Shown: positions 13,800 to 28,642 of the stretch, piece by piece
Layout: every line of letters starts with the position of its first letter
Numbering within the stretch: the first letter of the stretch is position 1
Assembly: GCA_964057225.1 (NCBI GenBank)
Contig: OZ059900.1
Coordinates: 13,330,001-13,394,000 of the forward strand
Length of the DNA: 64,000 bases
Origin: Auanema rhodensis
Lineage: Eukaryota; Animalia; Nematoda
Reading direction: 5' to 3'
Position numbers and translations under genes: made by a program
The notes under the pieces: generated by a model
Told to the model about the DNA's origin: nothing
Seen by the model: the letters and a program-made list of their open reading frames with translations, nothing else
The model's database searches: none

Positions 13800-16700
13800 C
13801 CAAAGCAAAACAAATTTGAATATGAACATGACGCGTCTTTTACATTATAGTTTGACCGGATAAAGCTTTGTATAGCTTTGGATAGCTTTGTACACTGATC
13901 ACATATACGGCGATAGGCTAGAACAGTTCATAAGTTTCCTGGATAGATTTGGTTTAATTACCCAAGTTAGAGGTAGTATCTCAATCTAACCAGAGAACTT
14001 CTGAGTTGGAAATACATTTTGGAAAGCACACCATGAGTGTGCAATATTGAAAACTGTCTGTCTTAGTATGATTATATGACACTATAGATGCCAAAGCAAA
14101 ACAAATTTGAATATGAACATGACGCGTCTTTTACATTGTAGTTTGACCGGATAAAGCTTTGTATAGCTTTGTACACTGATCACATATACGGCGATAGGCT
14201 AGAACAGTTCATAAGTTTCCTGGATAGATTTGGTTTAATTACCCAAGTTAGAGGTAGTATCTCAATCTAACCAGAGAACTTCTGAGTTGGAAATACATTT
14301 TGGAAAGCACACCATGAGTGTGCAATATTGAAAACTGTCTGTCTTAGTATGATTATATGACACTATAGATGCCAAAGCAATATAAATTTGAATATGAACA
14401 TGACGCGTCTTTTACATTATAGTTTGACCGGATAAAGCTTTGTATAGCTTTGTATAGCTTTGTACACTGATCACATATACGGCGATAGGCTAGAACAGTT
14501 CATAAGTTTCCTGAATAGATTTGGTTTAATTACCCAAGTTAGAGGTAGTATCTCAATCTAACCAGAGAACTTCTGAGTTGGAAATACATTTTGGAAAGCA
14601 CACCATGAGTGTGCAATATTGAAAACTGTCTGTCTTAGTATGATTATATGACACTATAGATGCCAAAGCAATATAAATTTGAATATGAACATGACGCGTC
14701 TTTTACATTATAGTTTGACCGGATAAAGCTTTGTATAGCTTTGTATAGCTTTGTACACTGATCACATATACGGCGATAGGCTAGAACAGTTCATAAGATT
14801 CCTGAATAGATTTGGTTTAATTACCCAAGTTAGAGGTAGTATCTCAATCTAACCAGAGAACTTCTGAGTTGGAAATACATTTTGGAAAGCACACCATGAG
14901 TGTGCAATATTGAAAACTGTCTGTCTTAGTATGATTATATGACACTATAGATGCCAAAGCAAAACAAATTTGAATATGAACATGACGCGTCTTTTACATT
15001 ATAGTTTGACCGGATAAAGCTTTGTATAGCTTTGGATAGCTTTGTACACTGATCACATATACGGCGATAGGCTAGAACAGTTCATAAGTTTCCTGGATAG
15101 ATTTGGTTTAATTACCCAAGTTAGAGGTAGTATCTCAATCTAACCAGAGAACTTCTGAGTTGGAAATACATTTTGGAAAGCACACCATGAGTGTGCAATA
15201 TTGAAAACTGTCTGTCTTAGTATGATTATATGACACTATAGATGCCAAAGCAAAACAAATTTGAATATGAACATGACGCGTCTTTTACATTGTAGTTTGA
15301 CCGGATAAAGCTTTGTATAGCTTTGTACACTGATCACATATACGGCGATAGGCTAGAACAGTTCATAAGTTTCCTGGATAGATTTGGTTTAATTACCCAA
15401 GTTAGAGGTAGTATCTCAATCTAACCAGAGAACTTCTGAGTTGGAAATACATTTTGGAAAGCACACCATGAGTGTGCAATATTGAAAACTGTCTGTCTTA
15501 GTATGATTATATGACACTATAGATGCCAAAGCAATATAAATTTGAATATGAACATGACGCGTCTTTTACATTATAGTTTGACCGGATAAAGCTTTGTATA
15601 GCTTTGTATAGCTTTGTACACTGATCACATATACGGCGAGAGGCTAGAACAGTTTATAAGTTTCCTGAATAGATTTGGTTTAATTACCCAAGTTAGAGGT
15701 AGTATCTCAATCTAACCAGAGAACTTCTGAGTTGGAAATACATTTTGGAAAGCACACCATGAGTGTGCAATATTGAAAACTGTCTGTCTTAGTATGATTA
15801 TATGACACTATAGATGCCAAAGCAATATAAATTTGAATATGAACATGACGCGTCTTTTACATTATAGTTTGACCGGATAAAGCTTTGTATAGCTTTGTAT
15901 AGCTTTGTACACTGATCACATATACGGCGAGAGGCTAGAACAGTTTATAAGTTTCCTGAATAGATTTGGTTTAATTACCCAAGTTAGAGGTAGTATCTCA
16001 ATCTAACCAGAGAACTTCTGAGTTGGAAATACATTTTGGAAAGCACACCATGAGTGTGCAATATTGAAAACTGTCTGTCTTAGTATGATTATATGACACT
16101 ATAGATGCCAAAGCAAAACAAATTTGAATATGAACATGACGCGTCTTTTACATTATAATTTGACCGGATAAAGCTTTGTATAGCTTTGTATAGCTTTGTA
16201 CACTGATCACATATACGGCGATAGGCTAGGACAGTTTATAAGTTTCCTGAATAGATTTGGTTTAATTACCCAAGTTAGAGGTAGTATCTCAATCTAACCA
16301 GAGAACTTCTGAGTTGGAAATACATTTTGGAAAGCACACCATGAGTGTGCAATATTGAAAACTGTCTGTCTTAGTATGATTATATGACACTATAGATGCC
16401 AAAGCAAAACAAATTTGAATATGAACATGACGCGTCTTTTACATTATAGTTTGACCGGATAAAGCTTTGTATAGCTTTGGATAGCTTTGTACACTGATCA
16501 CATATACGGCGATAGGCTAGAACAGTTCATAAGTTTCCTGGATAGATTTGGTTTAATTACCCAAGTTAGAGGTAGTATCTCAATCTAACCAGAGAACTTC
16601 TGAGTTGGAAATACATTTTGGAAAGCACACCATGAGTGTGCAATATTGAAAACTGTCTGTCTTAGTATGATTATATGACACTATAGATGCCAAAGCAAAA

Positions 16701-19700
16701 CAAATTTGAATATGAACATGACGCGTCTTTTACATTGTAGTTTGACCGGATAAAGCTTTGTATAGCTTTGTACACTGATCACATATACGGCGATAGGCTA
16801 GAACAGTTCATAAGTTTCCTGGATAGATTTGGTTTAATTACCCAAGTTAGAGGTAGTATCTCAATCTAACCAGAGAACTTCTGAGTTGGAAATACATTTT
16901 GGAAAGCACACCATGAGTGTGCAATATTGAAAACTGTCTGTCTTAGTATGATTATATGACACTATAGATGCCAAAGCAATATAAATTTGAATATGAACAT
17001 GACGCGTCTTTTACATTATAGTTTGACCGGATAAAGCTTTGTATAGCTTTGTATAGCTTTGTACACTGATCACATATACGGCGATAGGCTAGAACAGTTC
17101 ATAAGTTTCCTGAATAGATTTGGTTTAATTACCCAAGTTAGAGGTAGTATCTCAATCTAACCAGAGAACTTCTGAGTTGGAAATACATTTTGGAAAGCAC
17201 ACCATGAGTGTGCAATATTGAAAACTGTCTGTCTTAGTATGATTATATGACACTATAGATGCCAAAGCAATATAAATTTGAATATGAACATGACGCGTCT
17301 TTTACATTATAGTTTGACCGGATAAAGCTTTGTATAGCTTTGTATAGCTTTGTACACTGATCACATATACGGCGATAGGCTAGAACAGTTCATAAGTTTC
17401 CTGAATAGATTTGGTTTAATTACCCAAGTTAGAGGTAGTATCTCAATCTAACCAGAGAACTTCTGAGTTGGAAATACATTTTGGAAAGCACACCATGAGT
17501 GTGCAATATTGAAAACTGTCTGTCTTAGTATGATTATATGACACTATAGATGCCAAAGCAAAACAAATTTGAATATGAACATGACGCGTCTTTTACATTA
17601 TAGTTTGACCGGATAAAGCTTTGTATAGCTTTGGATAGCTTTGTACACTGATCACATATACGGCGATAGGCTAGAACAGTTCATAAGTTTCCTGGATAGA
17701 TTTGGTTTAATTACCCAAGTTAGAGGTAGTATCTCAATCTAACCAGAGAACTTCTGAGTTGGAAATACATTTTGGAAAGCACACCATGAGTGTGCAATAT
17801 TGAAAACTGTCTGTCTTAGTATGATTATATGACACTATAGATGCCAAAGCAAAACAAATTTGAATATGAACATGACGCGTCTTTTACATTGTAGTTTGAC
17901 CGGATAAAGCTTTGTATAGCTTTGTACACTGATCACATATACGGCGATAGGCTAGAACAGTTCATAAGTTTCCTGGATAGATTTGGTTTAATTACCCAAG
18001 TTAGAGGTAGTATCTCAATCTAACCAGAGAACTTCTGAGTTGGAAATACATTTTGGAAAGCACACCATGAGTGTGCAATATTGAAAACTGTCTGTCTTAG
18101 TATGATTATATGACACTATAGATGCCAAAGCAATATAAATTTGAATATGAACATGACGCGTCTTTTACATTATAGTTTGACCGGATAAAGCTTTGTATAG
18201 CTTTGTATAGCTTTGTACACTGATCACATATACGGCGAGAGGCTAGAACAGTTTATAAGTTTCCTGAATAGATTTGGTTTAATTACCCAAGTTAGAGGTA
18301 GTATCTCAATCTAACCAGAGAACTTCTGAGTTGGAAATACATTTTGGAAAGCACACCATGAGTGTGCAATATTGAAAACTGTCTGTCTTAGTATGATTAT
18401 ATGACACTATAGATGCCAAAGCAATATAAATTTGAATATGAACATGACGCGTCTTTTACATTATAGTTTGACCGGATAAAGCTTTGTATAGCTTTGTATA
18501 GCTTTGTACACTGATCACATATACGGCGAGAGGCTAGAACAGTTTATAAGTTTCCTGAATAGATTTGGTTTAATTACCCAAGTTAGAGGTAGTATCTCAA
18601 TCTAACCAGAGAACTTCTGAGTTGGAAATACATTTTGGAAAGCACACCATGAGTGTGCAATATTGAAAACTGTCTGTCTTAGTATGATTATATGACACTA
18701 TAGATGCCAAAGCAAAACAAATTTGAATATGAACATGACGCGTCTTTTACATTATAATTTGACCGGATAAAGCTTTGTATAGCTTTGTATAGCTTTGTAC
18801 ACTGATCACATATACGGCGATAGGCTAGGACAGTTTATAAGTTTCCTGAATAGATTTGGTTTAATTACCCAAGTTAGAGGTAGTATCTCAATCTAACCAG
18901 AGAACTTCTGAGTTGGAAATACATTTTGGAAAGCACACCATGAGTGTGCAATATTGAAAACTGTCTGTCTTAGTATGATTATATGACACTATAGATGCCA
19001 AAGCAAAACAAATTTGAATATGAACATGACGCGTCTTTTACATTGTAGTTTGACCGGATAAAGCTTTGTATAGCTTTGTACACTGATCACATATACGGCG
19101 ATAGGCTAGAACAGTTCATAAGTTTCCTGGATAGATTTGGTTTAATTACCCAAGTTAGAGGTAGTATCTCAATCTAACCAGAGAACTTCTGAGTTGGAAA
19201 TACATTTTGGAAAGCACACCATGAGTGTGCAATATTGAAAACTGTCTGTCTTAGTATGATTATATGACACTATAGATGCCAAAGCAATATAAATTTGAAT
19301 ATGAACATGACGCGTCTTTTACATTATAGTTTGACCGGATAAAGCTTTGTATAGCTTTGTATAGCTTTGTACACTGATCACATATACGGCGATAGGCTAG
19401 AACAGTTCATAAGTTTCCTGAATAGATTTGGTTTAATTACCCAAGTTAGAGGTAGTATCTCAATCTAACCAGAGAACTTCTGAGTTGGAAATACATTTTG
19501 GAAAGCACACCATGAGTGTGCAATATTGAAAACTGTCTGTCTTAGTATGATTATATGACACTATAGATGCCAAAGCAATATAAATTTGAATATGAACATG
19601 ACGCGTCTTTTACATTATAGTTTGACCGGATAAAGCTTTGTATAGCTTTGTATAGCTTTGTACACTGATCACATATACGGCGATAGGCTAGAACAGTTCA

Positions 19701-21300
19701 TAAGTTTCCTGAATAGATTTGGTTTAATTACCCAAGTTAGAGGTAGTATCTCAATCTAACCAGAGAACTTCTGAGTTGGAAATACATTTTGGAAAGCACA
19801 CCATGAGTGTGCAATATTGAAAACTGTCTGTCTTAGTATGATTATATGACACTATAGATGCCAAAGCAAAACAAATTTGAATATGAACATGACGCGTCTT
19901 TTACATTATAGTTTGACCGGATAAAGCTTTGTATAGCTTTGGATAGCTTTGTACACTGATCACATATACGGCGATAGGCTAGAACAGTTCATAAGTTTCC
20001 TGGATAGATTTGGTTTAATTACCCAAGTTAGAGGTAGTATCTCAATCTAACCAGAGAACTTCTGAGTTGGAAATACATTTTGGAAAGCACACCATGAGTG
20101 TGCAATATTGAAAACTGTCTGTCTTAGTATGATTATATGACACTATAGATGCCAAAGCAAAACAAATTTGAATATGAACATGACGCGTCTTTTACATTGT
20201 AGTTTGACCGGATAAAGCTTTGTATAGCTTTGTACACTGATCACATATACGGCGATAGGCTAGAACAGTTCATAAGTTTCCTGGATAGATTTGGTTTAAT
20301 TACCCAAGTTAGAGGTAGTATCTCAATCTAACCAGAGAACTTCTGAGTTGGAAATACATTTTGGAAAGCACACCATGAGTGTGCAATATTGAAAACTGTC
20401 TGTCTTAGTATGATTATATGACACTATAGATGCCAAAGCAATATAAATTTGAATATGAACATGACGCGTCTTTTACATTATAGTTTGACCGGATAAAGCT
20501 TTGTATAGCTTTGTATAGCTTTGTACACTGATCACATATACGGCGAGAGGCTAGAACAGTTTATAAGTTTCCTGAATAGATTTGGTTTAATTACCCAAGT
20601 TAGAGGTAGTATCTCAATCTAACCAGAGAACTTCTGAGTTGGAAATACATTTTGGAAAGCACACCATGAGTGTGCAATATTGAAAACTGTCTGTCTTAGT
20701 ATGATTATATGACACTATAGATGCCAAAGCAATATAAATTTGAATATGAACATGACGCGTCTTTTACATTATAGTTTGACCGGATAAAGCTTTGTATAGC
20801 TTTGTATAGCTTTGTACACTGATCACATATACGGCGAGAGGCTAGAACAGTTTATAAGTTTCCTGAATAGATTTGGTTTAATTACCCAAGTTAGAGGTAG
20901 TATCTCAATCTAACCAGAGAACTTCTGAGTTGGAAATACATTTTGGAAAGCACACCATGAGTGTGCAATATTGAAAACTGTCTGTCTTAGTATGATTATA
21001 TGACACTATAGATGCCAAAGCAAAACAAATTTGAATATGAACATGACGCGTCTTTTACATTATAATTTGACCGGATAAAGCTTTGTATAGCTTTGTATAG
21101 CTTTGTACACTGATCACATATACGGCGATAGGCTAGGACAGTTTATAAGTTTCCTGAATAGATTTGGTTTAATTACCCAAGTTAGAGGTAGTATCTCAAT
21201 CTAACCAGAGAACTTCTGAGTTGGAAATACATTTTGGAAAGCACACCATGAGTGTGCAATATTGAAAACTGTCTGTCTTAGTATGATTATATGACACTAT
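13800..21300. repeat. Local HOR: 9-mer, 9-mer, 8-mer
   Basis: The marker CTAGGACA lies at 16230, 18829 and 21137. Spacings are 2599 (7x291+2x281) and 2308 (6x291+2x281), and the order of monomer types is conserved. Confidence 0.85.
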
Positions 21301-22752
21301 AGATGCCAAAGCAATATAAATTTGAATATGAACATGACGCGTCTTTTACATTATAGTTTGACCGGATAAAGCTTTGTATAGCTTTGTATAGCTTTGTACA
21401 CTGATCACATATACGGCGAGAGGCTAGAACAGTTTATAAGTTTCCTGAATAGATTTGGTTTATTTACCCAAGTTAGAGGTAGTATCTCAATCTAACCAGA
21501 GAACTTCTGAGTTGGAAATACATTTTGGAAAGCACACCATGAGTGTGCAATATTGAAAACTGTCTGTCTTAGTATGATTATATGACACTATAGATGCCAA
21601 AGCAATATAAATTTGAATATGAACATGACGCGTCTTTTACATTATAGTTTGACCGGATAAAGCTTTGTATAGCTTTGTATAGCTTTGTACACTGATCACA
21701 TATACGGCGATAGGCTAGAACAGTTTATAAGTTTCCTGAATAGATTTGGTTTAATTACCCAAGTTAGAGGTAGTATCTCAATCTAACCAGAGAACTTCTG
21801 AGTTGGAAATACATTTTGGAAAGCACACCATGAGTGTGCAATATTAAAAACTGTCTGTCTTAGCATGATTATATGACACTATAGATGCCAAAGCAAAACA
21901 AATTTGAATATGAACATGACGCGTCTTTTACATTATAGTTTGACCTGATAAAGCTTTGGATAGCTTTGTACACTGATCACATATACGGCGAGAGGCTAGA
22001 ACACTTCATAAGTTTCCTGGATAGATTTGGTTTAATTACCCAAGTTAGAGGTAGTATCTCAATCTAACCAGAGAACTTCTGAGTTGGAAATACTTTTTGG
22101 AAAGCACACCATGAGTGTGCAATATTGAAAACTGTCTGTCTTAGTATGATTATATGACACTATAGATGCCAAAGCAAAACAAATTTGAATATGAACATGA
22201 CGCGTCTTTTACATTATAGTTTGACCGGATAAAGCTTTGTATAGCTTTGTATAGCTTTGTACACTGATCACATATACGGCGATAGGCTAGAACAGTTCAT
22301 AAGTTTCCTGGATAGATTTGGTTTAATTACCCAAGTTAGAGGTAGTATCTCAATCTAACCAGAGAACTTCTGAGTTGGAAATACATTTTGGAAAGCACAA
22401 CATGAGTGTGCAATATTGAAAACTGTCTGTCTTAGTATGATTATATGACACTATAGATGCCAAAGCAAAACAAATTTGAATATAAACATGACGCGTGTTT
22501 TACATTATACTTTGACCGGATAAAGCTTTGGATAGCTTTGTACACTGATCACATATACGGCGATAGGCTAGAACAGTTTATAAGTTTCCTGAATAGATTT
22601 GGTTTAATTACCCAAGTTAGAGGTAGTATCTTAATCTAACCAGAGAACTTCTGAGTTGGAAATACATTTTGGAAAGCACACCATGAGTGTGCAATATTGA
22701 AAACTGTCTGTCTTAGTATGATTATATGACACTATAGATGCCAAAGCAATAT

Positions 22753-25700
22753 AAATTTGAATATGAACATGACGCGTCTTTTACATTATAGTTTGACCGG
22801 ATAAAGCTTTGTATAGCTTTGTATAGCTTTGTACACTGATCACATATACGGCGATAGGCTAGAACAGTTCATAAGTTTCCTGAATAGATTTGGTTTAATT
22901 ACCCAAGTTAGAGGTAGTATCTCAATCTAAGCAGAGAACTTCTGAGTTGGAAATACATTTTGGAAAGCACACCATGAGTGTGCAATATTGAAAACTGTCT
23001 GTCTTAGTATGATTATATGACACTATAGATGCCAAAGCAAAACAAATTTGAATATGAACATGACGCGTCTTTTACATTATAGTTCGACCGGATAAAGCTT
23101 TGTATAGCTTTGGATAGCTTTGTACACTGATCACATATACGGCGATAGGCTAGAACAGTTCATAAGTTTCCTGGATAGATTTGGTTTAATTACCCAAGTT
23201 AGAGGTAGTATCTCAATCTAACCAGAGAACTTCTGAGTTGGAAATACATTTTGGAAAGCACACCATGAGTGTGCAATATTGAAAACTGTCTGTCTTAGTA
23301 TGATTATATGACACTGTAGATGCCAAAGCAAAACAAATTTGAATATGAACATGACGCGTCTTTTACATTGTAGTTTGACCGGATAAAGCTTTGTATAGCT
23401 TTGTACACTGATCACATATACGGCGATAGGCTAGAACAGTTCATAAGTTTCCTGGATAGATTTGGTTTAATTACCCAAGTTAGAGGTAGTATCTCAATCT
23501 AACCAGAGAACTTCTGAGTTGGAAATACATTTTGGAAAGCACACCATGAGTGTGCAATATTGAAAACTGTCTGTCTTAGTATGATTATATGACACTATAG
23601 ATGCCAAAGCAATATAAATTTGAATATGAACATGACGCGTCTTTTACATTATAGTTTGACCGGATAAAGCTTTGTATAGCTTTGTATAGCTTTGTACACT
23701 GATCACATATACGGCGAGAGGCTAGAACAGTTTATAAGTTTCCTGAATAGATTTGGTTTAATTACCCAAGTTAGAGGTAGTGTCTCAATCTAACCAGAGA
23801 ACTTCTGAGTTGGAAATACATTTTGGAAAGCACACCATGAGTGTGCAATATTGAAAACTGTCTGTCTTAGTATGATTATATGACACTATAGATGCCAAAG
23901 CAATATAAATTTGAATATGAACATGACGCGTCTTTTACATTATAGTTTGACCGGATAAAGCTTTGTATAGCTTTGTATAGCTTTGTACACTGATCACATA
24001 TACGGCGAGAGGCTAGAACAGTTCATAAGTTTCCTGAATAGATTTGGTTTAATTACCCAAGTTAGAGGTAGTATCTCAATCTAACCAGAGAACTTCTGAG
24101 TTGGAAATACATTTTGGAAAGCACACCATGAGTGTGCAATATTAAAAACTGTCTGTCTTAGTATGATTATATGACACTATAGATGCCAAAGCAAAACAAA
24201 TTTGAATATGAACATGACGCGTCTTTTACATTATAGTTTGACCTGATAAAGCTTTGGATAGCTTTGTACACTGATCACATATACGGCGAGAGGCTAGAAC
24301 AGTTCATAAGTTTCCTGAATAGATTTGGTTTATTTACCCAAGTTAGAGGTAGTATCTCAATCTAACCAGAGAACTTCTGAGTTGGAAATACATTTTGGAA
24401 AGCACACCATGAGTGTGCAATATTGAAAACTGTCTGTCTTAGTATGATTATATGACACTATAGATGCCAAAGCAATATAAATTTGAATATGAACATGACG
24501 CGTCTTTTACATTATAGTTTGACCGGATAAAGCTTTGTATAGCTTTGTATAGCTTTGTACACTGATCACATATACGGCGATAGGCTAGAACAGTTTATAA
24601 GTTTCCTGAATAGATTTGGTTTAATTACCCAAGTTAGAGGTAGTATCTCAATCTAACCAGAGAACTTCTGAGTTGGAAATACATTTTGGAAAGCACACCA
24701 TGAGTGTGCAATATTAAAAACTGTCTGTCTTAGTATGATTATATGACAGTATAGATGCCAAAGCAAAACAAATTTGAATATGAACATGACGCGTCTTTTA
24801 CATTATAGTTTGACCTGATAAAGCTTTGGATAGCTTTGTACACTGATCACATATACGGCGAGAGGCTAGAACAGTTCATAAGTTTCCTGGATAGATTTGG
24901 TTTAATTACCCAAGTTAGAGGTAGTATCTCAATCTAACCAGAGAACTTCTGAGTTGGAAATACATTTTGGAAAGCACACCATGAGTGTGCAATATTGAAA
25001 ACTGTCTGTCTTAGTATGATTATATGACACTATAGATGCCAAAGCAAAACAAATTTGAATATGAACATGACGCGTCTTTTACATTATAGTTTGACCGGAT
25101 AAAGCTTTGTATAGCTTTGTATAGCTTTGTACACTGATCACATATACGGCGATAGGCTAGAACAGTTCATAAGTTTCCTGGATAGATTTGGTTTAATTAC
25201 CCAAGTTAGAGGTAGTATCTCAATCTAACCAGAGAACTTCTGAGTTGGAAATACATTTTGGAAAGCACACCACGAGTGTGCAATATTGAAAACTGTCTGT
25301 CTTAGTATGATTATATGACACTATAGATGCCAAAGCAAAACAAATTTGAATATGAACATGACGCGTCTTTTACATTATAGTTTGACCGGATAAAGCTTTG
25401 TATAGCTTTGTATAGCTTTGTACACTGATCACATATACGGCGATAGGCTAGAACAGTTCATAAGTTTCCTGGATAGATTTGGTTTAATTACCCAAGTTAG
25501 AGGTAGTATCTCAATCTAACCAGAGAACTTCTGAGTTGGAAATACATTTTGGAAAGCACACCACGAGTGTGCAATATTGAAAACTGTCTGTCTTAGTATG
25601 ATTATATGACACTATAGATGCCAAAGCAAAACAAATTTGAATATGAACATGACGCGTCTTTTACATTATAGTTTGACCGGATAAAGCTTTGTATAGCTTT

Positions 25701-28642
25701 GTATAGCTTTGTACACTGATCACATATACGGCGATAGGCTAGAACAGTTCATAAGTTTCCTGAATAGATTTGGTTTAATTACCCAAGTTAGAGGTAGTAT
25801 CTCAATCTAAGCAGAGAACTTCTGAGTTGGAAATACATTTTGGAAAGCACACCATGAGTGTGCAATATTGAAAACTGTCTGTCTTAGTATGATTATATGA
25901 CACTATAGATGCCAAAGCAAAACAAATTTGAATATGAACATGACGCGTCTTTTACATTATAGTTCGACCGGATAAAGCTTTGTATAGCTTTGGATAGCTT
26001 TGTACACTGATCACATATACGGCGATAGGCTAGAACAGTTCATAAGTTTCCTGGATAGATTTGGTTTAATTACCCAAGTTAGAGGTAGTATCTCAATCTA
26101 ACCAGAGAACTTCTGAGTTGGAAATACATTTTGGAAAGCACACCATGAGTGTGCAATATTGAAAACTGTCTGTCTTAGTATGATTATATGACACTGTAGA
26201 TGCCAAAGCAAAACAAATTTGAATATGAACATGACGCGTCTTTTACATTGTAGTTTGACCGGATAAAGCTTTGTATAGCTTTGTACACTGATCACATATA
26301 CGGCGATAGGCTAGAACAGTTCATAAGTTTCCTGGATAGATTTGGTTTAATTACCCAAGTTAGAGGTAGTATCTCAATCTAACCAGAGAACTTCTGAGTT
26401 GGAAATACATTTTGGAAAGCACACCATGAGTGTGCAATATTGAAAACTGTCTGTCTTAGTATGATTATATGACACTATAGATGCCAAAGCAATATAAATT
26501 TGAATATGAACATGACGCGTCTTTTACATTATAGTTTGACCGGATAAAGCTTTGTATAGCTTTGTATAGCTTTGTACACTGATCACATATACGGCGAGAG
26601 GCTAGAACAGTTTATAAGTTTCCTGAATAGATTTGGTTTAATTACCCAAGTTAGAGGTAGTGTCTCAATCTAACCAGAGAACTTCTGAGTTGGAAATACA
26701 TTTTGGAAAGCACACCATGAGTGTGCAATATTGAAAACTGTCTGTCTTAGTATGATTATATGACACTATAGATGCCAAAGCAATATAAATTTGAATATGA
26801 ACATGACGCGTCTTTTACATTATAGTTTGACCGGATAAAGCTTTGTATAGCTTTGTATAGCTTTGTACACTGATCACATATACGGCGAGAGGCTAGAACA
26901 GTTCATAAGTTTCCTGAATAGATTTGGTTTAATTACCCAAGTTAGAGGTAGTATCTCAATCTAACCAGAGAACTTCTGAGTTGGAAATACATTTTGGAAA
27001 GCACACCATGAGTGTGCAATATTAAAAACTGTCTGTCTTAGTATGATTATATGACACTATAGATGCCAAAGCAAAACAAATTTGAATATGAACATGACGC
27101 GTCTTTTACATTATAGTTTGACCTGATAAAGCTTTGGATAGCTTTGTACACTGATCACATATACGGCGAGAGGCTAGAACAGTTCATAAGTTTCCTGAAT
27201 AGATTTGGTTTATTTACCCAAGTTAGAGGTAGTATCTCAATCTAACCAGAGAACTTCTGAGTTGGAAATACATTTTGGAAAGCACACCATGAGTGTGCAA
27301 TATTGAAAACTGTCTGTCTTAGTATGATTATATGACACTATAGATGCCAAAGCAATATAAATTTGAATATGAACATGACGCGTCTTTTACATTATAGTTT
27401 GACCGGATAAAGCTTTGTATAGCTTTGTATAGCTTTGTACACTGATCACATATACGGCGATAGGCTAGAACAGTTTATAAGTTTCCTGAATAGATTTGGT
27501 TTAATTACCCAAGTTAGAGGTAGTATCTCAATCTAACCAGAGAACTTCTGAGTTGGAAATACATTTTGGAAAGCACACCATGAGTGTGCAATATTAAAAA
27601 CTGTCTGTCTTAGTATGATTATATGACAGTATAGATGCCAAAGCAAAACAAATTTGAATATGAACATGACGCGTCTTTTACATTATAGTTTGACCTGATA
27701 AAGCTTTGGATAGCTTTGTACACTGATCACATATACGGCGAGAGGCTAGAACAGTTCATAAGTTTCCTGGATAGATTTGGTTTAATTACCCAAGTTAGAG
27801 GTAGTATCTCAATCTAACCAGAGAACTTCTGAGTTGGAAATACATTTTGGAAAGCACACCATGAGTGTGCAATATTGAAAACTGTCTGTCTTAGTATGAT
27901 TATATGACACTATAGATGCCAAAGCAAAACAAATTTGAATATGAACATGACGCGTCTTTTACATTATAGTTTGACCGGATAAAGCTTTGTATAGCTTTGT
28001 ATAGCTTTGTACACTGATCACATATACGGCGATAGGCTAGAACAGTTCATAAGTTTCCTGGATAGATTTGGTTTAATTACCCAAGTTAGAGGTAGTATCT
28101 CAATCTAACCAGAGAACTTCTGAGTTGGAAATACATTTTGGAAAGCACACCACGAGTGTGCAATATTGAAAACTGTCTGTCTTAGTATGATTATATGACA
28201 CTATAGATGCCAAAGCAAAACAAATTTGAATATGAACATGACGCGTCTTTTACATTATAGTTTGACCGGATAAAGCTTTGTATAGCTTTGTATAGCTTTG
28301 TACACTGATCACATATACGGCGATAGGCTAGAACAGTTCATAAGTTTCCTGGATAGATTTGGTTTAATTACCCAAGTTAGAGGTAGTATCTCAATCTAAC
28401 CAGAGAACTTCTGAGTTGGAAATACATTTTGGAAAGCACACCACGAGTGTGCAATATTGAAAACTGTCTGTCTTAGTATGATTATATGACACTATAGATG
28501 CCAAAGCAAAACAAATTTGAATATGAACATGACGCGTCTTTTACATTATAGTTTGACCGGATAAAGCTTTGTATAGCTTTGTATAGCTTTGTACACTGAT
28601 CACATATACGGCGATAGGCTAGAACAGTTCATAAGTTTCCTG
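22753..28642. repeat. Tandem duplication of a 2880-bp 10-monomer block
   Basis: Rare variants AAGCAGAG, AGTTCGACC, ACACTGTAG, TAGTGTCTC, TATTTACC and GACAGTAT each recur exactly 2880 bp apart (7x291+3x281). The ORF pair 23218/26098 shows the same offset. Confidence 0.92.
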
